The notes below the pieces were generated by a model. The model ran no database searches. It was given only the letters and a program-made list of their open reading frames with translations, and had not been told where the DNA came from. A stretch of 63,936 nt of DNA, counting the filler, from Perkinsus olseni (taxonomy: Eukaryota), in the NCBI GenBank assembly GCA_013115125.1. It is 3 parts of 3 records of this genome, joined end to end, with 100 filler letters (N's around TTAATTAATTAA, not from the genome) between each part and the next. Parts side by side here need not be neighbours in the genome. Positions count along the whole stretch, not along the records: positions 22,246 to 44,382 come from JABANN010000545.1; 2 more parts are not named here. One strand, given 5' to 3'. Numbering within the stretch: the first letter of the stretch is position 1; the number at the start of each line of letters is the position of its first letter. Made by a program: the position numbers and the translations under genes. Of the stretch, positions 26,088-42,784 are shown piece by piece.

Positions 26088-27149
26088 TCATACACCTGTA
26101 GGAGCTGGCGTATAATCCTTCAGATCCCCGAATTTTGTGGGATATCTTAGCAGACGTTGGCCTTGCTCCGAACCACGAGAAATCTTCTGGGAGGGCCTCA
26201 GACGGTCTGGAGTGACTATACGCTGCGACGGTACCTCAACAACATCATCGTCTTCATCGTCCTCATCAGCCTTCCGCTTCCGGTTGTCCTTGAATTCCGT
26301 AAGGACTTCTCCAAAGGAAGTCGGTTGTTCGTGTACATCACCATCACGCAGGTTGAGCAGCGAATAGTTGATCGTCTCCTCATCCGCAGGTAATATCCCA
26401 AAAATGGTACCATCACTTACTTTAACCATATTCACAAAGAGGAAGTGTGTTCGGGTGTACACCGGTGCCCGCTCACCTCGATAAAAACCGAGGTCTATCG
26501 TACCATCATCATTCTGGCATACGAAAGTGCTGGTGAGCCGAGCCACAGAGAGAGACCCTGTAAACGCCATCCTGACGTCCCTCATCTGTTGCGTTGGAAG
26601 TATCGAACGGTTCCTGGCCGGACGCATCGCCCAGCATCTTTTGATATCCTCGTTTCCGCGCCTCAACAGGCGATAAAGATTCCGTTGCCAGTCTAACATT
26701 CTCAACATGGTAGACTTCACCGTCTTCGCGGGTGAAGTCGAGTTTAAGACTACGATACGCACTTCGTCCACCAAGGAAGCCAACTTCCATCTGGATATCC
26801 TTCAACCGGGGTATCTTTGTCTTATCAGAATCTTTAATTTTGTACCGTCCTCGGTTCAACATCGGGGGTCGGAAGTCGGTCTGACTGCTGATCACAACCC
26901 GCAACAGTGTTGTCGTTAGCGTGACAAGAATTTTAAGAGTGCTGTAGATTCTCCCGGCCATTGATGTATCAGAATAACCGTTTCAGAAATGCACTGGAGA
27001 GTGGATCCTCTCGAGCAGCGTGTTGCGTCCTTAGAAAAGGAGACGCGTAAGACCGGAAATCTAACAATGGTCTTTTCGAGCAGGACAATCAGCGCTGTCG
27101 CCTTCGGAAGGGCAGCCTTCAAACTGACTAGTGCTATTGCGGCTTCCAA
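26088..27149 (-). CDS. Hypothetical protein (probably spliced)
   Basis: 231-aa ORF 26088-26783 with a KRK basic patch followed by an acidic patch, and adjacent upstream ORFs. No family recognised. Confidence 0.4.
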
Positions 27150-27456
27150 AAGATATTCCGCTAAGGGGTTTGCTACTGACGCAATTTCTCGTGGGTTCTA
27201 CATCTTGTCGGCTTCAACGCTAAGGACGACGCAGTTTGACTAGCGCCGATGGAGGATACCTCAAGCGAGTATCATCCGTACCACTCCTTGCCCAAATCAC
27301 GAGCAAAGAACAGCGTGTCTCGTCCGTTGACCTCACTGCAGTTCATCCACCTTCATTACTCCGAAACAACAACACAGTTCGACTTAACCTCACGGACTTC
27401 CGTCGAGAGAGAAACATTTAACAGTATCACAGCAACTTATGCATTCGACTTTATTC

Positions 27457-28142
27457 TACTGCTTTTTCATATCGTCGTTCTTCGCATCCTTCTTGTACTC
27501 TTCGACCTTCTTCTTAGCAGCCTCGGCCTCAGCCCTCTCCTTGTCGTGCTTCTCTTGACGGAGCTGAACAGGCACCGATCCCAATCACGCATTCCCGAAT
27601 CACGTGCGGTCTCGTCAGGGGCCATGCCTCCTCACCCTCTCCTTCTCCTTATCAGCTAGTCGCTCGGCATCAGTCTGAATGTGGCCGAGCAAGAAGGAAT
27701 ACACCCCGGCACCGATAAGGCCACCCAAGAATTGCCACATCAATCGACTGAACAGCAGGCCTGAGAAAAGCGAAAATCCCCATCCGATCACAGAACCTAG
27801 GCGACGCCCTCTCTACAAGCCCCCAACCAGAAAAGAAGCGATTCTTGACAACCTTCATTTGTCTAGACCCGACGCCCGGCCTTACTCGTGTATGCCTGAT
27901 GAGCGTCAGACAACATACCCTGCACGCTTGAGCCGACCAACTCCGAGATGGTTGGGATGAGTCGCCCATCCTGAATGCAGCCGTAGTAGATGAGACCTGA
28001 GGAAGAGGAGTGCTGTCGAGGAGGTGTTGCCCTTCCTTACCTCCGACGATTAACGATTTGTGTGGTACTCGTCCGGCGATGGCGATGGAAATCAAAGCCG
28101 AGTTTATCGCCTCGAACGTGACCTCGTCAGGCGTTGGTATCT

Positions 28143-28200
<58 letters not shown>

Positions 28201-29876
28201 CGATGATGTTGCAGAGGAGCTTAACCACTTACCACAGCGACAGCCGGGACACCGCGGGCCTTCGACAAGAGACCGGCCAAGGCCCCTCCGATAACGGTAG
28301 AGGCAAAGGATATAGGGAAGGAGCAGGGCAGATGACCAGCCGAGAGATCTGAGAGGAATCTTATCATCCGTGTTACGCAAGCTTCAACCTCACCAGCAAC
28401 CGTCACAGCAACTCGGCTTGGCATCGCCTCGTACAGGACCGCGGCCGCCACGGCACCTTGGGTGGGTGCAGCAAGGGAGACGACGCCAACTGCGAAGCTG
28501 CTCGACATCAATCCTAATACCATAACATTCCGAACGACACTCCAATAGTTCACCTACCCAGTCCAACATTCTTAGAAGCGATCAGATAGACCGCAGCGAG
28601 ACCAGTGGCAAGGAGGAGCAGACCCGAGGTCCACATGGCGTCACTCAAGGCCATCCCGCCGGGCGCCGTCTCTGTTGCTGTGAACAGCTCCGATCGGTAC
28701 CCCGCCCACTGGACAGTGAGACGACTGACGATAACGTTCAACTGAGGACGGACGATGGAGGTAAGTTGACGAGCCGAAGCAGCTCACAGTGAGAGGTTGC
28801 AGGAGGATTGAGAGAGAGCCAGCATAGGGGGCCCGGCCGGGCAGGGTCGCCACGGCTGCTGATACCAAAACGGCGACGAAGGGACCCGACTGAAGAGGGG
28901 AGCGGATGGGGAGCCAACGGACAGCGGAGCGAAGTTATTACAAGCGTGGGAGCTGCTGCGTGAGTGTTATACATGAGTAAGTAGTGCATCGCTCCGCCGA
29001 ATACCGACCCCATGAGTTGCATTATCATAATCAGAGTCGCTTGGGAGTGACGTGTATACTCTCCGGTGACCATCCTGAGGAGGGTACAATCCACGTGACG
29101 TTCGAACAGAGGCAGCCACAAAGGCAGCCACAGAAGCCATTCATCAGATGCTGCAGAGTCTGCAGTGCAGACATCGATCGAAGCCTCGAACCATGATTAT
29201 TATACTATAAGTCCATCACACACAACGTGCAAACAGTATGAAGACATTACAAGATTTTCCTGCCTCGGCTGTTGGTATCGAGACCGCGGCGCCTCGATCA
29301 GCTTCCAAGCGCATCACAGGCGACGTCAAGTCCCGATGACCTCGTTGGGTGAGTGCAGAAGATATGATATTGAACACCGGGTCGATTATCGCTTCTACGG
29401 TCAAGTAAACTCTCCCTTTTCTTATTACCCCAACATCGTCGTGAAGGTGTTTCCCGTGACCTTCTGCCGAAGGGCGTAGGTGAGCAGACAGGGGATCAGA
29501 GCCACTACACGGATCTGCACACGGAGAGGTGGTACTCACGGATCGGATGATGATGATGATGCTCACGTCATCAAAGGTGGTGGCAGCGAACCCGACGAGC
29601 ATGGAGGTGGCTGCCTCGGCGACCAACTGAGGCTTCCATGCCTTCGCTAGGTGATAGTAGCGGAACTTGGAGAACATCTCATCAGCATTGGCGTATCTTA
29701 GATCAGCATGAACTCCTAGCATCGACCTAAGATACCACTTACATCATGAATGAACAGACGAAGAGAGCCAGAAGCCAGTCTCTGGATGTCTTCATCTTCG
29801 AGTAGAGCATGAGCCCAAACACCCCTCCCCACGCCAAGCATGACAACACTTGTACCGTGAAAGAGGCTGACCACAT
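27457..29876 (-). CDS. Multi-exon polytopic membrane protein, possibly a divergent MIP/aquaporin-like protein
   Basis: Hydrophobic exons: LVAEAATSMLVGFAAT, IMQLMGSVFGGAMHYLL, FASTVIGGALAGLL, FEAINSALISIAIA, LMWQFLGGLIGAGVYSFLL. Charged tail ...KNDDMKKQ*. The exon chain is not fully resolved. Confidence 0.45.
28143..28208. repeat. (GAT)n microsatellite in an intron
   Basis: About 20 GAT units directly before a minus-strand acceptor. Confidence 0.95.
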
Positions 29877-30296
29877 AAATGGAAGAAAAGGAAGAAGGCG
29901 GCAGTGAACTACTTAAGAAAAAGGGGCGGTGCATACGCGCGTGTCAGCTGACTGGCGGTTTTATTAGCAATTTATTACCATACCACTTTTCCACCAATTC
30001 ATCTCGACAGGTTACATCCTCATTCGCTGTCCCTCGACTCACCAAAGTTACTAATAATACCATCCAGACGTCAACACAAGGGAAGTTCAGCATTCAGTTG
30101 AACAATTGGTATCAGACAAGACGCTCCCAAGGTTGAAGCGTGGCAATCGCAGAAGATCTTAGCCGACGACAGAGAGGCGATAAGGGGGACTATAAAGAAT
30201 ATAAGTGTACAAGGACAGCGTATCCAAGGTCGAAGGCTGCAAGAAACAAATAGTACAGAAGTAAATCGATTGTCCTTCAGACGAGCATTTTGGCCA

Positions 30297-31001
30297 TTAA
30301 AGACGATACAACTCAGCGTGTATCAATGGGGGTATTCTTACGGCCTTGTGAGTACCACTCCTTCCCCAAATCACGACCGCAATGGTATCATCATCAGCCG
30401 ATCTCAAGACACATGTCGCGACATACAGGTCAATCATCGCTATCACCCAGCGGGGACTCAAATTGGGCGCAGAAAAAAAAATGAAGTAGAGGAGGGGCCA
30501 CAGAACCGAGGGCAGGAGCAGAGGAGCCAGAGTGCGCACGGGCAAGATTCACTTAGCAGGCGGATCTTCGGAGCTCGAGAAAGCCGACAGACAGGATATG
30601 ATATCATCAGGGTCATACACCCGATCGTCTAATGGCACCTCATCACCGATACTCAACTCGTCATCGAAAGGCGCAGGTTCGATCCCGGCATCAGCCGTTT
30701 CTCTCGTATTTTCCTGCTTCGGCTCCTCCTTGGTGCTGCTAGTATCAGTCGAAGCATCATCCATCTTATCCTTCGCGAACACCCTCTTAAGGGCCCTCCA
30801 GAATCGATGACTCTTAACGCCGAAATCCCCTCCCTCACTCGAGATGGATCTTCCAGATTCCGGCGAGTCCGGCGAGGACACCGTCTGCGTCCCTTCGGAA
30901 TGCAGCTCGCCGCTCTCCTCCTCCGGGCCATGGTGATCCCCATCAGCCGACGACGACCGCCGTTGATTGACCTTCAATGACGACGAAGACAAAATCTCCA
31001 T
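30297..31001 (-). CDS. Hypothetical Ser/acidic-rich protein
   Basis: ATG at 31001 opens MEILSSSS...EDPPAK, followed by a GT donor and a second open segment ending at 30297. Confidence 0.35.
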
Positions 31002-31435
31002 TCGTGCATAAACAACAAAACAACCTAACGAGAGGCAACCATGATCGATCAAAATATCTCTATTACCTTCTCATAGAACACAGGCTCGGTTTTACAGGGC
31101 TTTACAACTTAAGGCGAAGCAGCGACTCCCAGGACATACTGCAAGTTTAAGTTCGAAATTTCGGTATGGCATTCACCAATTGACTTAGTGACTTATTATT
31201 GTACTCCTCAAGTAATATTACTGAAGGCCATATATAAATTACTATTACATAATTAAACTGACTCATGCACAAAACGATAATCAAGTATAAATTCAACCTA
31301 AGATAGATCTAAATCAAACTCAGACTTATTTACACCGACATCAACCAGAGCAAGATAACACGACACTCCTTGGGATGTGGAAACGTTAGTGTGCTCTCCC
31401 CAGAGGGGAGCCTAGCAGCAGTATAGGAACAGGTA

Positions 31436-35590
<4,155 letters not shown>

Positions 35591-36266
35591 CTGGTCAGTG
35601 CCTCGCTTCAAGTCAACGCGCGTCCGCATGGTGAAGGGAAAGAACAGTGAACACGACAAGAAGGAGAGGAAGCTGTTGCTGGTGATGATGAACGCTTATT
35701 CCAGATCCCTCTACCGCCACGCAACTCACTCCAAAATCGATAGAAGCATCTTGCTAATCATGAATGATTCATGGTTCAACCTAAGATTCTCGCAGGGAAA
35801 TTGACTTGATATTCACATCCCATCCTTCCACTGTCTTCTTTCTGTCGCGTCTCCTACCATCAAGAACGCTATCGAAGGGCCACTCAGTGCTGCTGCTGCT
35901 GCATCAATCATCAGGGTGAGGCCCTCCAGGCCCCATCGCATACTCATCAATAACCTCAAAATTAGTACCGATCCGAGCGGCATACCAACGCCACGACCTC
36001 AACTCTGCACCATAATGGCGACGAGAGAATGCGGGTATTGACGGTCCGCAGGCCGACAGATTTCACATACCCTGAGTGCGGCCAAAAACAGGAAAGCCTC
36101 CTTCGAACCTGGCTGAGGTGCCAGGTAATCATCTCCATAGGCCAGTCGGTCCGCGACAAGAACAACTCCTCCTACAGACACGCAGGACAGAGAGGATCTT
36201 GCTAGATGCCTGCGACTGGGAAAAATACACCTGATAGATGGACTGAAGCAAGGAATACATCTCATG

Positions 36267-36393
36267 GGTCGAAGCACGTAAGATACCCTACAGGTCGAAG
36301 CCCGAAAGATACCCTACAGGTCGAAGCACGTAAGATACCCTACAGGTCGAAGCACGTAAGATACCCTACAGGTCGAAGCACGTAAGATACCCG
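36267..36393. repeat. 26-bp tandem repeat (about 5 units)
   Basis: GGTCGAAGCACGTAAGATACCCTACA starts at 36267, 36293, 36319, 36345 and 36371. Confidence 0.93.
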
Positions 36394-36822
36394 TATCAAC
36401 CATCGCCTTACCTGTCGCCTCACCTGCCGCCCCATCTTTCCATACCATCCGAGGGAATTCTCAGCTATGAGGCACAGAGCACTGCATCCATCTCCGCCCT
36501 CGCCTGTAGCGGATATATCCACCATTCCTTCCGAACCGACCGAAGACGAATTCATCGCAGACGGTACGAACGACCGAAGCTGCTACTGATTCTGCCGCCC
36601 GACTGCCTCAACGCAGACCTCAAAAACGACAAGGAGACTGTAAGCTCCACAAGACTGATGAGAGCCACCACCACGACGACAAATTCACGGCGGAATCACG
36701 TTCCATTAACAGCCTCCAGACAACGGAGTTATATAAAATGCCCGACCCGACCCGACTTGGACTCGGTTATCATGACGATAAACTATAAACATGACTATCA
36801 AATGAGGGGAAAAGTTGTAATG

Positions 36823-38373
36823 TTACTTGGCATCGAGAGCGTCTTCAGAAGAGGCCTGCTCTTGCCGTTCCTTATCAGACTGAGCTTGTCGCTCTGCGTT
36901 CTTCCTAGCCACTTTATTGAAATAAGGAAACAACGACAAGGAAGCAAGCCCGCCGAAGACGCATAGACCGATGAGGACGACATAGTAGTAGTCGTAATGG
37001 GCCCCGGCGACTGACTCAGGCGTCGGATTATCGGGCAAAAAGTTGGGCAGCCACGGCTTGGCCACGTCAAACACCACCGCTGAGAGGGCGCTCGAGATTG
37101 CAAAGAAGCAAAGGTTCACAGCAGAAGCGACAGCCTTGAGGGGACTTGGCGAATGGGTGAAGGCAATCTCATAGGAGGTTGATATGAGGAAGATCTCACC
37201 CGTCGCGATAAACCAGAATTGTGGTACTTGCCACCAGATGGAGACTGTGAACACTGGCTTCGCTTTCACTTGTAGTTCAACGATGAGAGCGCATAAGAGA
37301 GCGATGGCACCGAAGCAGCAACCGATGCAGAATCTGCCCAGCACTGGGGGCACCCTATTATGCTTCCTCAGCAGACGATAGACAACACCATCAACAAAAA
37401 GGGACATGACGACGACAGCGATAGGGTCGACATTTTGCATCAGGGCCGGGGGTATATGCCAACCGAAGGTGTTCCTGTCCATCTTCTGTGCTTGAGTAAG
37501 GAACGCGGTGGTCATGTTGTTGTAGGCCATGACGAATGGTATGATTAGGGAGAAGAGTGGTATGAGTCTTAGTAGAGCCTTGACATCCTCGATAAATCCG
37601 TCTTTGAATTTACCACCGTTGGACTGCTTGTTCTTCTCCAGAGACAACTTCATGATAGATGCCAAGCCGACCTTCAAGATTTGGATAACAGCTGAGCCTT
37701 GCGGCTTCGGACGGACATATCGACCCATGAGGCCTCCACCGACAAAGATTATGGTAGCAATAATGAAGAAAATAGTTGGGAAAAGGAAGCTTGCTGTGAA
37801 CGACACCTGCTGAAGTAGAATGGGGGTAACGATTCCACCAACGATAGCCCCGAGGTTGATAGAAGCGTAGAAGTAGGTGTAGTAGCGGGTAATCAACGAC
37901 TTGTGTATCTCAGGGTGGAACTGATGGGCACCCATGATGTTCACGCAGCTCTTGATACCGCCTCCACCGAGAGGGATGAGGGCCAGCAGAGAGAGGTGGA
38001 TCATCCAAGGTTGATGCACGGAACGAACACTCGAAATTGTCAGAAGGACAAAGCCACACAAATAGACCAACGAGAATATCAGAATTGTCAGATAGACGCC
38101 CAAAATGGTATCAGCCAGGGTAGCCGATATCAAAGGGGTGACGTAGAGGATAGCGTTAAAGCTGGAGATGTAGGAGTTTGCTGTAGTGTCCGTGTAACCA
38201 AGGTACTCCTTCAGAAAGGTCTGCAGGTTGGGGGTGAGGCCGTAGAAGGCTAAGCGCTCGCACAGCTCTTGAAGCAGAACGAACATGACGGCCTTAAACA
38301 TGGGGTTGTCATAGTAATGGTAGACGTTGCCCGAGGGGTCCGTCCACGACAATGATCTGCCGTGCTTCACCAT
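36823..38373 (-). CDS. Proton-dependent oligopeptide transporter (POT/PTR2, MFS), intronless
   Basis: ExxER motif LLQELCERLAFYG, ADTILG, GGGGIKSCVNIMGAHQF, YFYASINLGA, WQVPQFWFIATGEIF. About 12 TM segments in one ORF. Confidence 0.95.
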   Translation of the reverse strand: MVKHGRSLSWTDPSGNVYHYYDNPMFKAVMFVLLQELCERLAFYGLTPNLQTFLKEYLGYTDTTANSYISSFNAILYVTPLISATLADTILGVYLTILIFSLVYLCGFVLLTISSVRSVHQPWMIHLSLLALIPLGGGGIKSCVNIMGAHQFHPEIHKSLITRYYTYFYASINLGAIVGGIVTPILLQQVSFTASFLFPTIFFIIATIIFVGGGLMGRYVRPKPQGSAVIQILKVGLASIMKLSLEKNKQSNGGKFKDGFIEDVKALLRLIPLFSLIIPFVMAYNNMTTAFLTQAQKMDRNTFGWHIPPALMQNVDPIAVVVMSLFVDGVVYRLLRKHNRVPPVLGRFCIGCCFGAIALLCALIVELQVKAKPVFTVSIWWQVPQFWFIATGEIFLISTSYEIAFTHSPSPLKAVASAVNLCFFAISSALSAVVFDVAKPWLPNFLPDNPTPESVAGAHYDYYYVVLIGLCVFGGLASLSLFPYFNKVARKNAERQAQSDKERQEQASSEDALDAK

Positions 38374-39218
38374 ACTCAAGGGAAGGCTTATGACAGATGA
38401 ACGCAAGTTGTACGCAAGTGAGAGACAAGAGCGTTGAGGAATTGTAAGAGAGCAAGATTCGACGATTTTCCGCGCACCTCTGATTGTCCCTTTTCGCGGT
38501 GACGTTAGAGTTGCATGGAAATTGCAGCCCGTTGACTAAGTTCAATCTTCTGCATTCTTGAAAGCCTCTGCTCGCTGAGATCCAGCTCGACGCGGTACCC
38601 CACGGGCGTCGTGGGTAGCGAGAGTTACGTGAAGGAGAACCACGGCCGCGGATATGCTACAGATGACTGTCGCAGTCCGCCGCAAGTTACCTCTTAAAAA
38701 ACCAGTACCCCGTCGGGCGGACCGCTATCGGACGTCTATCGTCGCAAGCATGATGACCGGGGTACCGGCAAGCTGGTGTGAGAGACGCTACAGCAGCGGC
38801 ACGAGCTGCCCCATCGTCCGCACATTGTGCGTTGAACGTGAAACCTGTGAGGGGTGATGCAAACGCCTCCCCTCTCACAAGTTCCAACCGCTCGCGAATT
38901 TCTACTGGACGCTCCCTGAGTTTCCTTCAACTTGGAGAACAGCTGTGAATCAAGACTTCAAACTGGGCGTGAGTCTGATTAGAGGCAAGTCCACGCAGAC
39001 TGTGTTTTTCTGAATCAGACAAGCTTCAACCTTGGATGCTGCAAGCCCGTCAGCATGAGCGTTTTTCTGTTCTTCAAAAGTCCACACTTTCGACGCTCTC
39101 GTAAGCCTGAGCGCCACTCGTCGCCGAAAAATTTGAATTGATTTTGCGACTTCCCTCCCCAATATCTAGCAGGGTGTATCTTCTCCTGTGAGTTGCCTTA
39201 TACTCTACCTTTCCCTCT

Positions 39219-41225
39219 ATGACGCTATCCTGGTTTCTACTCATCGCGTCACCCAGCTTCGGTTATTCCGCTGGCACCAGGGGCAAATACGTACGCTGAA
39301 GATGCCTTAGTTCGTCGTTGTGGACGCTCGCTTCGTCATCAGACACCACGTCAACCCAGCCCGTTGCTGCACGAAGAGAAGCATACTGACGGGAGCGTGG
39401 ATGGCGGCTATCCTTGTTCGGTCACCTGCCCTCTCGACGGAATCAATTACGATCATTGCCGAGTATCCCTGGCGGGCGACTCTGGCAGCTCTGAGCTAAC
39501 CTGCGTATCGCCACGGTGAGTTTGTTATCGTTTTCTTGCTGCCGTGGTTGGAAGAGAGAAAGTTTGAGTAAAATCGTCGCAACGCCAAATATTTTACGAA
39601 AAAGTTGGTATTATCATTGTACATCAATCTTTCCATAGAATATATACTTTCAATGCTGTTATTCTTGTTGATTCCGCACTGTTTTCAGAAAGAGTTACAG
39701 GTGCACTCCAACTATTAGCGATATTTTTCTGGGAAATCAGCTGAAACTTCATAACATTATCAATCATTGACTAGGTTCACCAACAGAGAGGCAATTATCA
39801 CATCCTTCATGTAGAGCTTCAAGCGCTTGCCGGAGAAAGGCCAATCGGGCCCTCGCCACGGTCTTGTAGTCGAATAAGGTCACTCAGTAGCGCAGTCTTG
39901 CGAAAGATTTTTGCTCGGAGACGGTGCTGATGAGAACTTCCATCAGGAGTACCGCAATTCTCTTTGTTCAACTATGAGTTTTCAGATGGGTAGTCTCCAA
40001 GAACGTCTCGGATGTATTCGAGGCCGCTGCCTCCACCGAGATCGCCAACAGCAGCGGCCCCCCTTCTTGTCGTGATAAACTCCAATATTGGGTCCTCGAG
40101 TGGTGGCGAGGGAGTTGCCGTAACACATCCAGTCGTCTGCTAGATGTGATAGAGTATGAAGTGAATCGAGAGTACTCCCCTCAAGGAGGAGAGTCACATT
40201 GGCAGTGTGACCCGAGGAGCTTCTCCTTCCTACCATTCAATGAACTGCTTGTGGATCATAGCGGAGAATGGATCGAAGGAACACACTCACCGCTGGAACA
40301 TTCTCAGGTGATTTATTTGCTCACGGCCGACTCAGTGGTCCTGAGCCAACTGCTGTGAGTGCGTTACCGTAGGATTGAAAAGAATTCCCGATAATTGTTA
40401 CAGAAACGACGGGATTGTCAGCAGGAGCTCTACTGCCGCAGTAGAGCTCCTGCTGAGAAATTCTCAGCGAGAATCCTGTCGTTTCAGCTCGCCATTCGAT
40501 GAGGTCGCGACAGGGTCTGGAAAATCCGCGGGCTGTGCAAGCCTCGATCGAGGTCATCGAGAGCAGGTTCTCACCGACCCTGAAAGCCCGCGCGCTGTAG
40601 ATGAAAACGAGTTGCCGAAGAATGTTGTATTACATCAGGCCAATAAGAAATTCTGGGAGGAAGACGTGAGAAACACAATTTGAACTCTCATTGACCCGTC
40701 CTCCATTCCCGCAGCCTTTCGTTAACGCCATCTGGCAAGAGTGGAACGACGATCCCGAGGGCTCCGACTGGGATCCGTGCTTCCTCCGAGCCCCGACGCG
40801 GAGAAATGAGAAATCCCTCAATAATTGTCATCTTGGACTGCTCAATAGAAAGAGGACTTACCTGTGGTGTGAAGACTTTGGAAGGAGAAGGGGCGTGTAA
40901 CGAAGATCCCGCTTTGCTCGCTCGTGCAGTGGTTGTTTTTAGGCCAAAATTGAAGTCACTGTCGCCATACATGGAGCTCTTCACAACGCCTAATGTCCAC
41001 GGCGGCTGTTACGGTAGAATAACGGCATTCGTACAGTCAGCCATATACTTAGAGACGGAGGGAATGTTCTCATCGGATGAGATGATCGATGCTTTTTACA
41101 AGGCGATCGAGGAGGACCTCGGACCCAAACGTGGGACTTCGTCGTACCGTTTTGAGATGACCAGTCCCGACACCTTCGTCTCCTATGCCCTGGAGCTTCT
41201 TCATGACGCGTTGCCTGCCACATGA
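39219..41225 (+). CDS. Hypothetical secreted Cys/Trp-rich protein (multi-exon)
   Basis: Signal-like MTLSWFLLIASPSFG. GT-AG-bounded exons GYPCSVTCP, CRDKLQYWVLEWWRGSC, DWDPCFLRAP and HGGCYGRITAF. Stop at 41223-41225. Confidence 0.55.
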
Positions 41226-41611
41226 CCAATACCTGTGATGCCGATTGTCGTTGCCTGTTGTTGATGTTAACAACAGAGATCAAGCTTTGTGTTGCTGCCA
41301 TTCTGTCCGGCGATTACCCTGCTGCCGCTCCGATGGCGACAGTCCCCTCGCCGCGTTCTCGCCGCTAAGATGTTAGGACGTTTCGTGGTGGCACGGTCGT
41401 GGCCGGTCGTGCAAGTACTTCCAATGCTGCTTGTCTTGGTAACTCTGAGGCAACCGTGCTACTAAGCTTGGTTTGCCGCTCTCGACTCTGAGTGACTGTC
41501 TCTGTGGTGCACGACCTTCACAGGAGTGGTATCCTATTGCCATCCGAGGTTATCATACTGGGACTCTTAAATGGGAAGATATCACTAGGATGAGAGATAT
41601 ACCCGTGTCTA

Positions 41612-42440
41612 CACCATTTCCAGACCTACTTAGTGAAACCCCAGAGGGATTTAATGAAGGCCAGAGCAAATCAGTAAATCGCCAAAGCAATTCAGTAAAG
41701 CTCAGGTTGAATTAGTAAAACCCCAAAGCAATTTAGTTTCATGAAAGACCAATTTAGTAGAGCCCAACAAAGTCACCAACAAGTACGGGAAAAACTCGCA
41801 ACCGGCAGTCTAAATAAAATACGCTCTCTGTACATATCGTAGGTTGGACATTCGAACCGAGGCTCCGACTAGCATGCCTTCCGTAGCTGAGCAACGTGGG
41901 TACAACGTTCGGGCGTGATTGAAGCATCGTATACAAAGTTGCACCGTACCAACCGCTTCAACCCCAGTTTGAAGCAACTTCCTCCAGTACGACAGGAGGT
42001 ACTCTGCCTTCATTCCGCCGCCTCTCCCGCCACTCATGGCCGGAGTCCCCAGGCCGGGAGGAAGGACGATCCGGATGCGTCTCGCGTGCTGACTAAATCG
42101 CTTTGGGGATTTACTATTTCGGTCTGGGCTTTATTAATTTGCTTTGGGGATTTACTATTTCGGTCTGGGCTTTATTAATTTGCTTTGGGGATTTACTATT
42201 TCGGTCTGGGCTTTTTNNNNNNNNNNNNNNNNNNNNNNNNNNNNNNNNNNNNNNNNNNNNNNNNNNNNNNNNNNNNNNNNNNNNNNNNNNNNNNNNNNNN
42301 NNNNNNNNNNNNTTATTAATTTGCTTTGGGGATTTACTATTTCGGTCTGGGATTTATTAATTTGCTTTGGGGATTTACTAACTTGGTCTGGGCTTTGTCA
42401 AATTGCTCTGGAGTTTTACTAAGTAGGTCTGGAAATGGTG
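41612..42440. mobile_element. Non-autonomous DNA transposon (foldback/MITE type) with long TIRs and a probable TA target duplication
   Basis: CACCATTTCCAGACCTACTTAGT at 41612 is the perfect 23-bp reverse complement of the sequence ending at 42440. Imperfect complementarity continues for more than 80 bp. TA lies on both sides (41610-11, 42441-42). No transposase ORF visible. Confidence 0.85.
42099..42410. repeat. 41-bp subterminal tandem repeat array (interrupted by gap 42217-42312)
   Basis: CTTTGGGGATTTACTATTTCGGTCTGGGCTTTATTAATTTG at 42101, 42142, 42183, 42324 and 42365. Degenerate inverted copies at about 41630-41770. Confidence 0.92.
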
Positions 42441-42784
42441 TAGATCAACGCATTCAGCAGAGTTCCGGTAGGTGTGGTATCGCGAGGAACACCCGGCCAG
42501 AGAAGCTCAGGGCCTTTGAGCACCATTTGTGTCCCGTGTTTTATATAGATGGGATCAACTCCTCGTTATGGGCTTGACTAATTGAAAACACAACCTTCGG
42601 CTTCTGCCATCTGGAATCCTGTCCGTCATCAACTTCAATCAACCAATTACTTCAGCATCGCCTTACCGCATTGCTTGTACGCTTGTAATGCTTGCTTGCA
42701 ATGCTTGTACACTCCACCAGCGGGCGCCTGCCTCGCCGCGTAAGTTGAACCTTTATGGTATGGCCCGGCTAATGTCGTGATCAG

